Below are positions 9,174 to 18,441 of a stretch of 64,000 nucleotides of DNA, piece after piece; the first letter of the stretch is position 1, and every line of letters begins with the position of its first letter. A model generated the notes under the pieces. That model was not told where the DNA came from. It did no database searches and was given only the letters and a program-made list of their open reading frames with translations. This DNA is from Candidatus Gottesmanbacteria bacterium UBA6580 (GTDB lineage: Bacteria; Patescibacteriota; Microgenomatia; UBA10105; UBA927). The translations under genes and the position numbers were made by a program. The DNA lies in assembly GCA_002433895.1 (NCBI GenBank), contig DJJA01000006.1, positions 40,630 through 104,629 on the forward strand. The letters run 5' to 3'.

Positions 9174-10937
9174 ATGCAAAACAATAACGATCATTTGATG
9201 AACCTGCGCCATTCATGCGCGCATTTACTCGCCGCTGCGGTTATGGAGTTGTGGCCGCACGCCAAACGGACAATCGGTCCGGCGATCGAGGATGGATTTT
9301 ATTATGACTTCGATTTTGGTGACACAAAAATCTCGGAGTACGATTTTCCAAAGATTGAAGAAAAAATGAAAGTGCTGGTCAAAGACTGGAAGGAATTCCG
9401 GAGAAAAGAAGTAACGAAGGAGGAAGCGTTGTCCCATAATCAAGGGAACGAATATAAAAAAGAACTTATTGAGGAATTTAGTGCAGATGGCCAACACCTC
9501 ACTATCTATACGTCGGGTAACTATACCGATTTATGCAGGGGAGGGCACTGCCCCCACCCAAACAATGATCTGAAACACTTTAAGCTGCTTTCTGTGGCAG
9601 GCGCGTATTGGCGCGGCAGCGAAAAAAACAAAATGCTTACCCGCATTTACGGCACATGTTTTCCCACCAAAAAAGCACTTGATGATTTCCTTGTCCAACA
9701 GGAAGAAGCGAAAAAACGCGATCACCGCAAACTAGGCGCGGAACTTGATCTGTTTACCTTCTCCGAGCTTGTAGGGAAAGGCTTACCGCTCTGGACACCC
9801 AAAGGAACCACAGTGCGGCGGGAACTGGAACGGTTTGTGGTTGAAGAAGAATTAAAGCGCGGGTATCTCCACGTCATGACGCCGGATCTTGCCCGTCTCG
9901 ATTTATACCGGACCAGCGGTCACTATCCGTATTACAAAGATACGATGTACGCCCCAATCACGATCGATGAAGACGAGTTTATGCTGCGCCCGATGACGTG
10001 TCCGCATCACTTTGAGCTCTACAAGAGTAAGCCCCGAAGCTACAAAGAACTACCCATGCGGCTTGCGGAACTTGCAAAACTCTACCGTTACGAAAAATCC
10101 GGTGAGCTATCCGGCCTTATGCGAGTCCGGAGTTTTTGTCTTGCTGACGCCCATATTATCGCAACCCCGGCGCAGGCGAACGCAGAAATTAACGAGGTAC
10201 TCGATCTTATCGACTTTGCTTCATCCACCTTCGGCCTACAACCCGGAGTAGATTACCGGTACCGGCTGTCGCTCGGCGACCGCGCAAACGAGAAAAAATA
10301 TTTCAAAGATGACGCGTCATGGGACAATGCCGAAGCGGTGCTCCGCGATGTACTTACCAAACGGAAAGCCGCGTATTTTGAAGCACCCGATGAGGCGGCG
10401 TTTTACGGCCCCAAAATCGATGTTCAAATAAAAAACATTCATGGCAAAGAAGAAACCGCATTCACGGTGCAGTACGACTTTGTCATGCCGAAACGCTTTT
10501 CCCTTACCTACACCAACGAGCAGGGCGAGGCAGCTGAACCGATCGTCATCCACCGATCATCGATAGGGGCGATCGAGCGCACGATGGCATTTTTGATAGA
10601 AAAATACGGCGGCGCGTTTCCGTTATGGCTTGCGCCCGTCCAGACCATCGTTATACCCATCGCGGAGCGTCACAACGAGGCAGCTGAGGCTATCGTACAG
10701 CAACTCAAAAAAGCAGGCATCCGGGCAGAAGCAGATACCCGTTCCCAACCGATGCAGGCCAAAGTACGAGATCATACGTTGCAAAAGGTGCCATACTTAG
10801 CTATAATCGGGGATACCGAAATAAACAGTAATACAGTGAGCTTACGTAGCCGACACGGGGAAAATCTCAAGGATATACGCCTTGACGACTTCCTCGCCAG
10901 GCTAGCAAACGAGATTGAGACCAAAGCAAACCCATAA
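9174..10937 (+). CDS. thrS: Threonine--tRNA ligase
   Basis: RHSCAHLL, DLCRGGH, RDHRKLG, RPMTCP, AFYGPKID, IHRSSIG. SD AGGGAGG at 9161-67. Confidence 0.97.
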   Translation: MQNNNDHLMNLRHSCAHLLAAAVMELWPHAKRTIGPAIEDGFYYDFDFGDTKISEYDFPKIEEKMKVLVKDWKEFRRKEVTKEEALSHNQGNEYKKELIEEFSADGQHLTIYTSGNYTDLCRGGHCPHPNNDLKHFKLLSVAGAYWRGSEKNKMLTRIYGTCFPTKKALDDFLVQQEEAKKRDHRKLGAELDLFTFSELVGKGLPLWTPKGTTVRRELERFVVEEELKRGYLHVMTPDLARLDLYRTSGHYPYYKDTMYAPITIDEDEFMLRPMTCPHHFELYKSKPRSYKELPMRLAELAKLYRYEKSGELSGLMRVRSFCLADAHIIATPAQANAEINEVLDLIDFASSTFGLQPGVDYRYRLSLGDRANEKKYFKDDASWDNAEAVLRDVLTKRKAAYFEAPDEAAFYGPKIDVQIKNIHGKEETAFTVQYDFVMPKRFSLTYTNEQGEAAEPIVIHRSSIGAIERTMAFLIEKYGGAFPLWLAPVQTIVIPIAERHNEAAEAIVQQLKKAGIRAEADTRSQPMQAKVRDHTLQKVPYLAIIGDTEINSNTVSLRSRHGENLKDIRLDDFLARLANEIETKANP

Positions 10938-11469
10938 GTTTTACAAGATCAATTACCAAATCCTCAGCCCGGAAATCAGGCTGTTGGATGAAAAGGGTGT
11001 GCAGATCGGCATAGTCTCCAAGCTCGAGGCATTACAAAAAGCTAAAGAATTTGGGGTCGATGTCGTAGAGATTGCGCCAAACGCGAAACCGCCGGTAGCT
11101 AAACTTATTGATTACAAAAAGTTTAAATACCAGGAGGCGAGGAAAGAACGCGAATCGAAAAAGAATGTAAAAAATGTTGGGGTCAAAGAAGTCAGATTAC
11201 GGCCGTTTATCGAGCAACATGACTTTGATACCTGGCTTAAAAGAGCGACAGAGTTTATTGAAAAGGGAAATCAGGTTAAAATAAATGTTCTCTTTAAAGG
11301 ACGGGAACTCGGAAGGAAACAGTTTGGGTACGAAGTGTTAAACCGCTTTGTACACTCACTGGAAGGGGTTAAAATTGTACGGGAACCGAGGATGGAAGGA
11401 CGGGTGCTCGCCGCTATGGTCGTCCCGAACAAAAAAGGCGAAGGAAAAGAAGAGGAAATAGCGAGTTAA
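10915..11469 (+). CDS. infC: Translation initiation factor IF-3 (non-AUG start, TTG)
   Basis: VEIAPNAKPPVAKLIDYKKFKY, KEVRLRP.IE.HD, FKGRE. No in-frame ATG near the N-terminus. Confidence 0.93.
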   Translation: MRPKQTHKFYKINYQILSPEIRLLDEKGVQIGIVSKLEALQKAKEFGVDVVEIAPNAKPPVAKLIDYKKFKYQEARKERESKKNVKNVGVKEVRLRPFIEQHDFDTWLKRATEFIEKGNQVKINVLFKGRELGRKQFGYEVLNRFVHSLEGVKIVREPRMEGRVLAAMVVPNKKGEGKEEEIAS

Positions 11470-11527
11470 TTGTTAATAACTAATTATTGATAGTTGATAG
11501 TTAATTGTTAATAGTTAATAGTTAATT
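11465..11527. repeat. Nine tandem degenerate heptamers (GTTAAT[A/T]) filling the infC-rpmI spacer
   Basis: gttaatt gttaata actaatt attgata gttgata gttaatt gttaata gttaata gttaatt. Confidence 0.9.
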
Positions 11528-11530
11528 CAT

Positions 11531-11728
11531 ATGCCAAAAGTTAAAACCAGAAAAGTAGCAGCAAAACGGTTTAAAGTAACCGGCAAAGGGAAACTCGTTC
11601 ACCGTGTACAGGGAGCGAGGCATCTTCGCCGCAAAAAAAGCAAACGGCAGCAACGGCGTCAAGACCGACAAGTGGAACTGAAAAAGGCTATGGTTAAACA
11701 CGTAACAGCGTACCTGAGAAGGTCATAA
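11531..11728 (+). CDS. rpmI: 50S ribosomal protein L35
   Basis: MPKVKTRKVAAKRFKVTGKGK and synteny. Confidence 0.95.
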   Translation: MPKVKTRKVAAKRFKVTGKGKLVHRVQGARHLRRKKSKRQQRRQDRQVELKKAMVKHVTAYLRRS

Positions 11729-11740
11729 AAGGAGAAATAT

Positions 11741-12091
11741 ATGAGAGTAAAACGAGGCACAACCAGTAAAGCAAAACATAATAAAATTTTCCGGGCCAAC
11801 AAAGGGTACCGGATGACCAAGCGTAAGCTTATCAAAGTAGCAACCGAAGCATATCTCCATGCAGGGGAATACGCGTTCGCCGGCCGCAAAAACCGGAAGC
11901 GCGACTTCCGCGAACTGTGGATCACCAGAATTTCCGAAGCAAGCAAGCTCCGCAATCTTTCGTATAGTTCACTTGTCCATAAACTCAAGGAAGCACACAT
12001 TGAACTCGACCGGAAAACGCTCGCCAACTTGGTGGTCGAAGATCCGGATGTGTTTGATGCAATCCTCAACGAAGTCAAATCGGTTAATTAA
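11741..12091 (+). CDS. rplT: 50S ribosomal protein L20
   Basis: MRVKRG, RKNRKRDFRELWITRI, LDRKTLA. Confidence 0.97.
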   Translation: MRVKRGTTSKAKHNKIFRANKGYRMTKRKLIKVATEAYLHAGEYAFAGRKNRKRDFRELWITRISEASKLRNLSYSSLVHKLKEAHIELDRKTLANLVVEDPDVFDAILNEVKSVN

Positions 12092-12101
12092 TTTTTATTT
12101 T

Positions 12102-12164
12102 ATGACACACCATACATTCTTTGCGTTCTTTACCTCGCTCCAGCGGGGTTCTTTGGGCGCGTAA
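12102..12164 (+). CDS. Phe-rich attenuator leader peptide MTHHTFFAFFTSLQRGSLGA (PheM/PheL-like)
   Basis: 20-codon ORF with TTC TTT GCG TTC TTT, lying between rplT and pheS and overlapping alternative RNA helices. Confidence 0.85.
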   Translation: MTHHTFFAFFTSLQRGSLGA

Positions 12165-12187
12165 GAATAGACAAAAATAACCCAAGG

Positions 12188-12210
12188 ATCCCGCGAAAGC
12201 GGGATTTTTT
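12188..12210 (+). terminator. Attenuator terminator (3:4) of the Phe leader
   Basis: ATCCCGC-GAAA-GCGGGAT-TTTTT. Its left arm can instead pair with 12143-12157. Confidence 0.88.
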
Positions 12211-12287
12211 GTGGAATGCGATGGTTCACATCCATGAAATAGAAATCCCGCGATAAGACGGTTTTCTATGAAAGGAGGTGAACACGG

Positions 12288-12491
12288 ATGAACATTAAAG
12301 AGCGACTTGAACAGGCCAAAACAAGGAGGGAGCTTTTAGTGATCGGAAGAGCGATACATAAATCTACCGACCCGTCACTCAGGCCATCGTTACAAGACAT
12401 GATCAATGAACGGAAAGTTGTGCTATGGAGCAGTCAGCATAGACGGGCAAGGCAAAACCATGAAAGGACGTTACGGCGGTTACGCCGGTGA
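12288..12491 (+). CDS. Small Arg-rich hypothetical protein (67 aa, no Phe)
   Basis: Perfect SD AAAGGAGGTGA at 12271-81 before the ATG. No recognisable family. Confidence 0.6.
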   Translation: MNIKERLEQAKTRRELLVIGRAIHKSTDPSLRPSLQDMINERKVVLWSSQHRRARQNHERTLRRLRR

Positions 12492-12498
12492 CACAAAG

Positions 12499-12549
12499 AG
12501 AAGAGGGGCGGACGATGCTCGTGAAAGCTATACCGCCCGCCCCTCTTCT
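12499..12549. repeat. 13-bp perfect inverted repeat between the small ORF and pheS
   Basis: AGAAGAGGGGCGG (12499-511) / CCGCCCCTCTTCT (12537-549), 25-nt loop. Confidence 0.85.
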
Positions 12550-12577
12550 TGCGACATTATAAATCAAAACGTACAAT
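12549..12577 (+). promoter_or_regulatory. Putative internal leaderless promoter of pheS
   Basis: TTGCGA, 17 nt, TACAAT, then 6 nt to ATG 12584. No SD. Confidence 0.65.
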
Positions 12578-12583
12578 AAACAT

Positions 12584-13678
12584 ATGCATATGACGGAAGA
12601 AATTGTATCAGGAAGCAATGTCATCAGCCTACTTCTTCTCGCACAGGAGGAAGCGCTGTCACTCATTAAAGACACCAGCAAAAGTGTTGATGAGCTACGT
12701 ATCCTGCTTATGGGTTCCAAAAGCGACCTCGCGCGGCTCACCAAACAAATCAGCCGGGTGCCTAAAGAGGAACGCCAGCAGGTAGGCGTGATCGTATCGC
12801 AGGTGAAACAATCGATAGAACAGGGCTTAGCGGCAAGGGCAGCATTGCAGCCGGTGAGTGAAGCGGGCAACACGGCATTTCTCGATATTACTATGCCGGG
12901 TGAGCGTCCGCCGCACGGCAACCTTCATCTGGTGACGCAGGCCATCATAGAAATTACCCGGATTTTTGAGCGTATTGGATTTACCCGTGTGCGTCACCCC
13001 GAGGTCGATTGGGATTGGTATCCGTTTGAATCACTGAATATGCCTACCAATCATCCCGCGCGGGACGAGTGGGAAACATTTTTCCTCGACTTTCCCGGCA
13101 AACCGGGTAAGGACCCCCATAAGCAAAAAATAGTTCTCACGCCGCACACCAGCAACGGCCAGGTACGCGAAATGGAAAAAGGGGAGCTACCCATCCGTAT
13201 GATCAATATCGCCAAATGTTACCGGCGGCAAATCGATGTCTCACATACACCTATGTTTCATCAATTTGAAGGACTCTATGTCGACCGGGATGTTTCTATC
13301 GGCAATTTAAAAGGGGTTTTTGATCATTTTGTCAAACAATTTTTCGGCGCTTCACGGGTAACCCGCCTCCGGCCGTTCCATTTCCAATTTACGGAACCTT
13401 CATTTGAGGTGGATATAAACTGCGGTATTTGTCTGGGCACGAGCAAACTTGCGGACGGAAGTACCTGCAAACTTTGTAAAGCCGGCTGGCTCGAGCTAGG
13501 AGGCGCGGGCATGGTACATCCGGTCGTGCTGCGAAACGGTGGCATAGACCCCGATGTCTACTCCGGATTTGCGTTCGGGTGGGGGATAGAGCGCACCAGC
13601 ATGATGAAATCAGGAACGAAGCTGGACGATATCCGCCTCCTGTATAGTAATGATCTGCGGTTTTTACAACAATTTTAA
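12584..13678 (+). CDS. pheS: Phenylalanine--tRNA ligase alpha subunit
   Basis: HPARD..ETFF, HTSNGQ, HTPMFHQFEG, FQFTEPS, ELGGAGMVHP, GFAFGWGIER. Confidence 0.97.
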   Translation: MHMTEEIVSGSNVISLLLLAQEEALSLIKDTSKSVDELRILLMGSKSDLARLTKQISRVPKEERQQVGVIVSQVKQSIEQGLAARAALQPVSEAGNTAFLDITMPGERPPHGNLHLVTQAIIEITRIFERIGFTRVRHPEVDWDWYPFESLNMPTNHPARDEWETFFLDFPGKPGKDPHKQKIVLTPHTSNGQVREMEKGELPIRMINIAKCYRRQIDVSHTPMFHQFEGLYVDRDVSIGNLKGVFDHFVKQFFGASRVTRLRPFHFQFTEPSFEVDINCGICLGTSKLADGSTCKLCKAGWLELGGAGMVHPVVLRNGGIDPDVYSGFAFGWGIERTSMMKSGTKLDDIRLLYSNDLRFLQQF

Positions 13679-13681
13679 ATT

Positions 13682-15685
13682 ATGAATATTTTAATTCCAG
13701 ATATATGGCTCCGGACCTACTTAAAAACAAAGGCAACGCCTTTGGAAATAAAGGAGTACCTGTCGCTATGCGGTCCTTCGATCGAGCGGATTTACGGTGA
13801 AGGAAGTGAGTGCGTCTATGACATAGAAATCACCGGCAACAGACCGGATGCCATGTCAGTTATGGGAGTTGCCCGGGAAGCGGCAACTATTTTACCGAGG
13901 TTTGGCATACCTGCAACCCTCACCGGGGATCCCTACCGGGAAAAAGTGATGTTCCCTCAAGCCAAAAATGATCTCAAACTGACACTTAAAACCGATGCCG
14001 AGCTAAACCCGCGGTGGATGTCACTCATTTTTGACGGCGTCACCGTAAAGACCTCTCCAACGTGGCTGACAAAATATCTGGAGCTTGCGGGCATGCGGAG
14101 TTTGAACAATATCGTCGACATTACGAATTTTCTGATGCGCGCATACGGTCAACCGGCGCATGTGTTTGATTATGATGCGATAGAGGGTCACAAAATGACG
14201 CTGCGGGCGTCAAAAAAGGGAGAGAAACTCCAAACGCTTGATGGCAAGACACACCGCTTGCCGGGCGATGATATCGTCATTGAAGATAAGAACGGTAAGC
14301 TCATTGATTTGTGCGGCATTATGGGGGGAGAAAATTCATCCGTCACCGAACACACGAAACGCGTCATATTGTTTCTTCAGACATACAGCCCAACGCATAT
14401 CCGGAAAACCTCTATGGCATTAGGCCACCGGACAGAAGCCGCCGCGTTGTTTGAAAAAGGTCTGGATACGGAACTCGTTAAACCGGTGTTTCATAAAGGC
14501 ATGGAACTGATGATAGAGCTTACCGGCGGAAAACCGGCAAGCGCGCTCATCGATCTGTACCCCAAACCATACAAGGCAGTGACCGTGTCCGTACAGTTAT
14601 CAAAAATCCACTCGTATATCGGTCATATTTCATTGAAAGAAATAAAAGAAACACTAGCCGCCCTCGGCTTCCGCGTACAAAGCACCAATAAAGCCATCAC
14701 CGTGGTCGTACCAAGTTTCCGGCGTGACGTAACGATAGATGTTGATGTCATCGAAGAAATCGCCCGCGTGTATGGGTATCAAAATATTCCATCCCGCTTG
14801 CCGGAGCACGCGCCACCCACCACCTTACCCGACCCCATACTTTCATGGGAGGAAAGCGTCAAAGTACGTCTCAGAGACTGGGGCTACACCGAGCTTATTA
14901 CCTATTCCATGGTGTCAAAGGAGCTTATGGTGGCCTTCGGTAGTGATCTTGAAAAAACGTACAAAATTGCTAACCCGCTGTCTTCTGAATGGGAGTATAT
15001 GCGGCCTGACCTATTTATGAGCATGGTACCGGTACTCCGGGAGAACCTCAAATTAACGAAATCTTTACGGGTGTTTGAACTCAGCATGGTATACCGGTTC
15101 CGGCCTAACGACCTGCCCGAAGAAATACCCACCCTTACCGTCGTATGGAGCGGCAACCGGTTTTTGGAAGCCAAGGGGCTCGCGGAAACGATATTTTCAC
15201 TCTTTGGCATACCATTCCCGCTTGACCTGACAAACGAGGCAGGACAGCCGCTTGACTGGTATAGCCATCACCGCCTGTCACTTTCGGAATACGGCTCATT
15301 CGGCACCCTTGACTACCGGATGCTGCAGCAAAACGGCATCACCACACCGCTTACCCGGCTGGTACTCGACTTTGGAAAACTGGTGGCACGGGCAAACACC
15401 AGAAATACGTATGCGCCGGTTCCGAAATATCCACCGATCATGGAGGATCTCTCGTTTATCGTGCCCGATGAATTTTATGTCAGTCCGCTTATGGCAGCAC
15501 TGCGGGCGGCACACCCGCTTGTTTTTGACGTGACCCTTCTGGATGTGCATGAAAACACGAGGACATTCCACATCACGTACCAGGATGAAAAAAGAAATCT
15601 GACCAATGCGGATATCGCGCCGGTCCGCACGAAGCTCATTTCGCTTGCAGAATCCAAATTCGGATTGTCGCTCAAGTCCCGCTAA
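13682..15685 (+). CDS. pheT: Phenylalanine--tRNA ligase beta subunit (short form lacking the OB/B2 domain)
   Basis: EITGNRPDAMSVMGVARE, NNIVDITN, GIMGG, DVIEEIARVYGY, KYPPIMEDLSF. Confidence 0.95.
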   Translation: MNILIPDIWLRTYLKTKATPLEIKEYLSLCGPSIERIYGEGSECVYDIEITGNRPDAMSVMGVAREAATILPRFGIPATLTGDPYREKVMFPQAKNDLKLTLKTDAELNPRWMSLIFDGVTVKTSPTWLTKYLELAGMRSLNNIVDITNFLMRAYGQPAHVFDYDAIEGHKMTLRASKKGEKLQTLDGKTHRLPGDDIVIEDKNGKLIDLCGIMGGENSSVTEHTKRVILFLQTYSPTHIRKTSMALGHRTEAAALFEKGLDTELVKPVFHKGMELMIELTGGKPASALIDLYPKPYKAVTVSVQLSKIHSYIGHISLKEIKETLAALGFRVQSTNKAITVVVPSFRRDVTIDVDVIEEIARVYGYQNIPSRLPEHAPPTTLPDPILSWEESVKVRLRDWGYTELITYSMVSKELMVAFGSDLEKTYKIANPLSSEWEYMRPDLFMSMVPVLRENLKLTKSLRVFELSMVYRFRPNDLPEEIPTLTVVWSGNRFLEAKGLAETIFSLFGIPFPLDLTNEAGQPLDWYSHHRLSLSEYGSFGTLDYRMLQQNGITTPLTRLVLDFGKLVARANTRNTYAPVPKYPPIMEDLSFIVPDEFYVSPLMAALRAAHPLVFDVTLLDVHENTRTFHITYQDEKRNLTNADIAPVRTKLISLAESKFGLSLKSR

Positions 15686-15705
15686 TTATTCTCTCTTTAC
15701 GGTTG

Positions 15706-18279
15706 TTATGGGGTAGGCGTTGGCGTAGGGGAGGAATAATCCTGATTTATACCCACGCGGATTTCGCGCTCGGAAGATGTTCCCCGTTTATCTATCGCTT
15801 TTACTTTTATTGTGTGTGATCCATTGGCTATGTTGATGGTTTCGGAAATTGTCTTTTCGTTTGACCGTTCTTTCACTTTGGAGCCATCAACATAGATTTC
15901 TATCCGCTCAATATCCGCGGTAGATATCGCTTCGGCTTCTACCTGCACATCGTTGTTATCGATACGCTGGTTATCGCTTGGCTTTTTGATTTGGATAACA
16001 ACCTGATTGGAATCGCCGCCGCTATATGTCTCGGTGGGGGCTTTATACTTGCTGTCTTGTCCGGCAATCCAGCCGTTGATACCTTCCTGCCATCTATTTT
16101 TGCCATCGCCGGAAACAGGATCGTCCTCACGTATCACGATAAACAATTTTTCATCATAGTCTCCGGTCGCGACTTCAACACTGTTTGCCAGTTTATTGTT
16201 GTCTTTCCGGGAAATTTTTAATTTCTGATAGATAGCAGCGGGTCCTGTGGGCTCAGTGCCCTTGATAAAAAATTCTTTGCGGGTCGGCTGATTTTCAAAG
16301 GGAAGGCCGCCCCCAAACGCATCGATATCCATTTCTATGACCCCATCCGGGCGGGTGAATGGTTCATCGGGAATATCTTTAATTGCCTCACGCATAATAC
16401 GGTTCCATATGGGAGCCGCGCCCGTGACACCGGAAGCAAGCGTGGGGCTCATCGGCGAATTGTCGTTATTGCCGACCCAGGCGATGACGACACGGCTCTT
16501 GGTATATCCTGCAGTCCAGTTATCACGTTTATCATCGGTCGTACCGGTTTTGGCGGCAACAGTTTTTCCGGAAATCACCAGATGGGAACGTGTCCCGAAC
16601 ACTTCCTTCCGCGCATCGTTATCAGAAAGAATCGAGGATATAATAAACGCTACATCTGGCTCCAATTCTGCCCGTGGGGAGACCGGCTTATGCTCAAACA
16701 ACGTCTTCCCGTTGGTATCCGTCACTTTCAGGATTGCGACAGGATCAGTCCGCATGCCTTCGGCCGCAAAAACACTAAACGCCGTTGCCATATCAATCAT
16801 TTTTACTTCCGCGCCGCCAAGCGGCAACGATAATCCAACACGCTTCAAGTTGGCATCGGTTGGCTCCCACGTCTGCAATCCCATGGCATACCCCAATTTC
16901 AGCACATCCCGCACCCCTACAAGCGCGGCTACTTTTACGGCAGTCGTGTTAATGGAGTTTGCAAGCCCGTACCGGAGTTGCATGGGTCCGCGGTATTTGT
17001 TGTCATAATTTTTAGGATTATATTCGGGTTTAGCCGGGTCACCGGAAGGGTACTTGGTTTCTACATCCATAAGCATGGTGCTCGCGGTGTAACCTTTCGT
17101 CAATGCAGCCGCGTAAATCATGGGCTTGAGTGTGGATCCCGGTTGCCGAAGCCCTTGGGTGACGACATTAAACTTGAGTCCTGAACTATCGGTCGCCGCG
17201 TAGTCTTTGCTTCCCACTATAGAAAGGATTTCGCCGGTTCGCGGATCCATCACGATAGCGGCTCCGTTACTTACTTTTAATTTTTTGGCTTTCTCTACTT
17301 CTTCCTTAACGGCAAGCTGTGCCGCTTCCTGCAGTTTCCAGTCAAGCGTGGTCGTGACGGTCAGTCCGCCCGCGTTTACTGTTTTCTCACCAAACCGCTC
17401 TATCAGCAGTTCTTTGATGTAGGCAACAAAATGCGGTGCCCGCAGTCCGACATCTCCCGAGGCAAACGTCACGGATTCTAGTTGTTTTTTCGCTTCACCT
17501 TCCTGCGCGGGAGTAATGTATCCGTCTTCACGCATTCTTCGGAGTACTTCCTGCGCGCGCCCCCGGTAAGCGGTTTCATCTCCGGTAAACGGGGAATAAT
17601 AACTCGGTGACTGCGGAAGCCCTGCGAGCACGACCGACTGCACAAGCGTCAGGTCTTTCACATCTTTATCAAAGTAATGTTCCGCGGCTGTTTTCACTCC
17701 AACAGCGGTACCGCCATAAGGTGCTTCGTTAAGATACATGAGGAGGATATCGTTTTTGCTGTATTTGCGTTCTATTTGTATGGCAAGCACTGCTTCCTTC
17801 ATTTTCCGGGGCAGTGTCCGTTCCTGGGAAAGCAGGACGTTTTTCACTAACTGCTGGGTCAGCGTCGATCCTCCCTGGCAACGGCGCATAAATACGCACG
17901 CCAATAATCCGCGCATAATACCGGTCGTGGATAACCCTTGATGTTTGTAAAAATCTTTATCTTCTATAGCGACCGTGGCATCTTTGAGATACTGGGGAAC
18001 CTCTTCCCATTTGGCGGGAATTCTGTTGGCTTCTTCAAAAATGTCATAGAGCTTCTCTCCATTTCGGTCAAGCACAACAGTAGAAAGCCCTTCGCGCCGC
18101 TGCACTTTGTCCGGCCGGGGCAAATCTTTGGCATACCACGCAAAAAGAATACCGATAAATAATATAAGAACGACAAATCCTATAAAGCCACCAAACGCAA
18201 CTATGCTCCACAGCTTCATCCGGGAAACACTGGAACCAAATAGTTTCCGCCGCTGCCGCTCGCTGAATAAATCTGACAT
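15706..18279 (-). CDS. Class A penicillin-binding protein (PBP1A family) with C-terminal Ig-like domain
   Basis: EDKDFYKHQG, GGSTLTQQLVKN, RKMKE, QPGSTLK (SxxK), SIN, KTGT. Start inferred. Confidence 0.93.
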   Translation of the reverse strand: MSDLFSERQRRKLFGSSVSRMKLWSIVAFGGFIGFVVLILFIGILFAWYAKDLPRPDKVQRREGLSTVVLDRNGEKLYDIFEEANRIPAKWEEVPQYLKDATVAIEDKDFYKHQGLSTTGIMRGLLACVFMRRCQGGSTLTQQLVKNVLLSQERTLPRKMKEAVLAIQIERKYSKNDILLMYLNEAPYGGTAVGVKTAAEHYFDKDVKDLTLVQSVVLAGLPQSPSYYSPFTGDETAYRGRAQEVLRRMREDGYITPAQEGEAKKQLESVTFASGDVGLRAPHFVAYIKELLIERFGEKTVNAGGLTVTTTLDWKLQEAAQLAVKEEVEKAKKLKVSNGAAIVMDPRTGEILSIVGSKDYAATDSSGLKFNVVTQGLRQPGSTLKPMIYAAALTKGYTASTMLMDVETKYPSGDPAKPEYNPKNYDNKYRGPMQLRYGLANSINTTAVKVAALVGVRDVLKLGYAMGLQTWEPTDANLKRVGLSLPLGGAEVKMIDMATAFSVFAAEGMRTDPVAILKVTDTNGKTLFEHKPVSPRAELEPDVAFIISSILSDNDARKEVFGTRSHLVISGKTVAAKTGTTDDKRDNWTAGYTKSRVVIAWVGNNDNSPMSPTLASGVTGAAPIWNRIMREAIKDIPDEPFTRPDGVIEMDIDAFGGGLPFENQPTRKEFFIKGTEPTGPAAIYQKLKISRKDNNKLANSVEVATGDYDEKLFIVIREDDPVSGDGKNRWQEGINGWIAGQDSKYKAPTETYSGGDSNQVVIQIKKPSDNQRIDNNDVQVEAEAISTADIERIEIYVDGSKVKERSNEKTISETINIANGSHTIKVKAIDKRGTSSEREIRVGINQDYSSPTPTPTP

Positions 18280-18308
18280 TTGTATCACGAAATCCATTGT
18301 AACTGCGA

Positions 18309-18338
18309 TTGACAGAAATGACAAATTGCTGATACGAT
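18309..18338 (+). promoter_or_regulatory. Promoter of the Tyr leader / tyrS unit (leaderless)
   Basis: TTGACA (18309-14), 18 nt, extended -10 TGaTACGAT (18330-38), ATG 7 nt downstream. Confidence 0.7.
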
Positions 18339-18345
18339 AATGAGG

Positions 18346-18417
18346 ATGAATACTACAACCAAATACGTATATACGTATTATCCCTTCAAAGTGGGGTTGG
18401 TTGTTGTGATGAAATAG
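18346..18417 (+). CDS. Tyr-rich attenuator leader peptide MNTTTKYVYTYYPFKVGLVVVMK
   Basis: Four Tyr codons within six (TAC GTA TAT ACG TAT TAT), upstream of tyrS. The 3' part is complementary to the terminator left arm. Confidence 0.85.
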   Translation: MNTTTKYVYTYYPFKVGLVVVMK

Positions 18418-18441
18418 TACAATTTTTTCTAATCAATAACG

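Noticed and set aside
10915-10917. Non-AUG start of infC as a novelty
   Set aside because: Non-canonical infC starts are an established autoregulatory feature.
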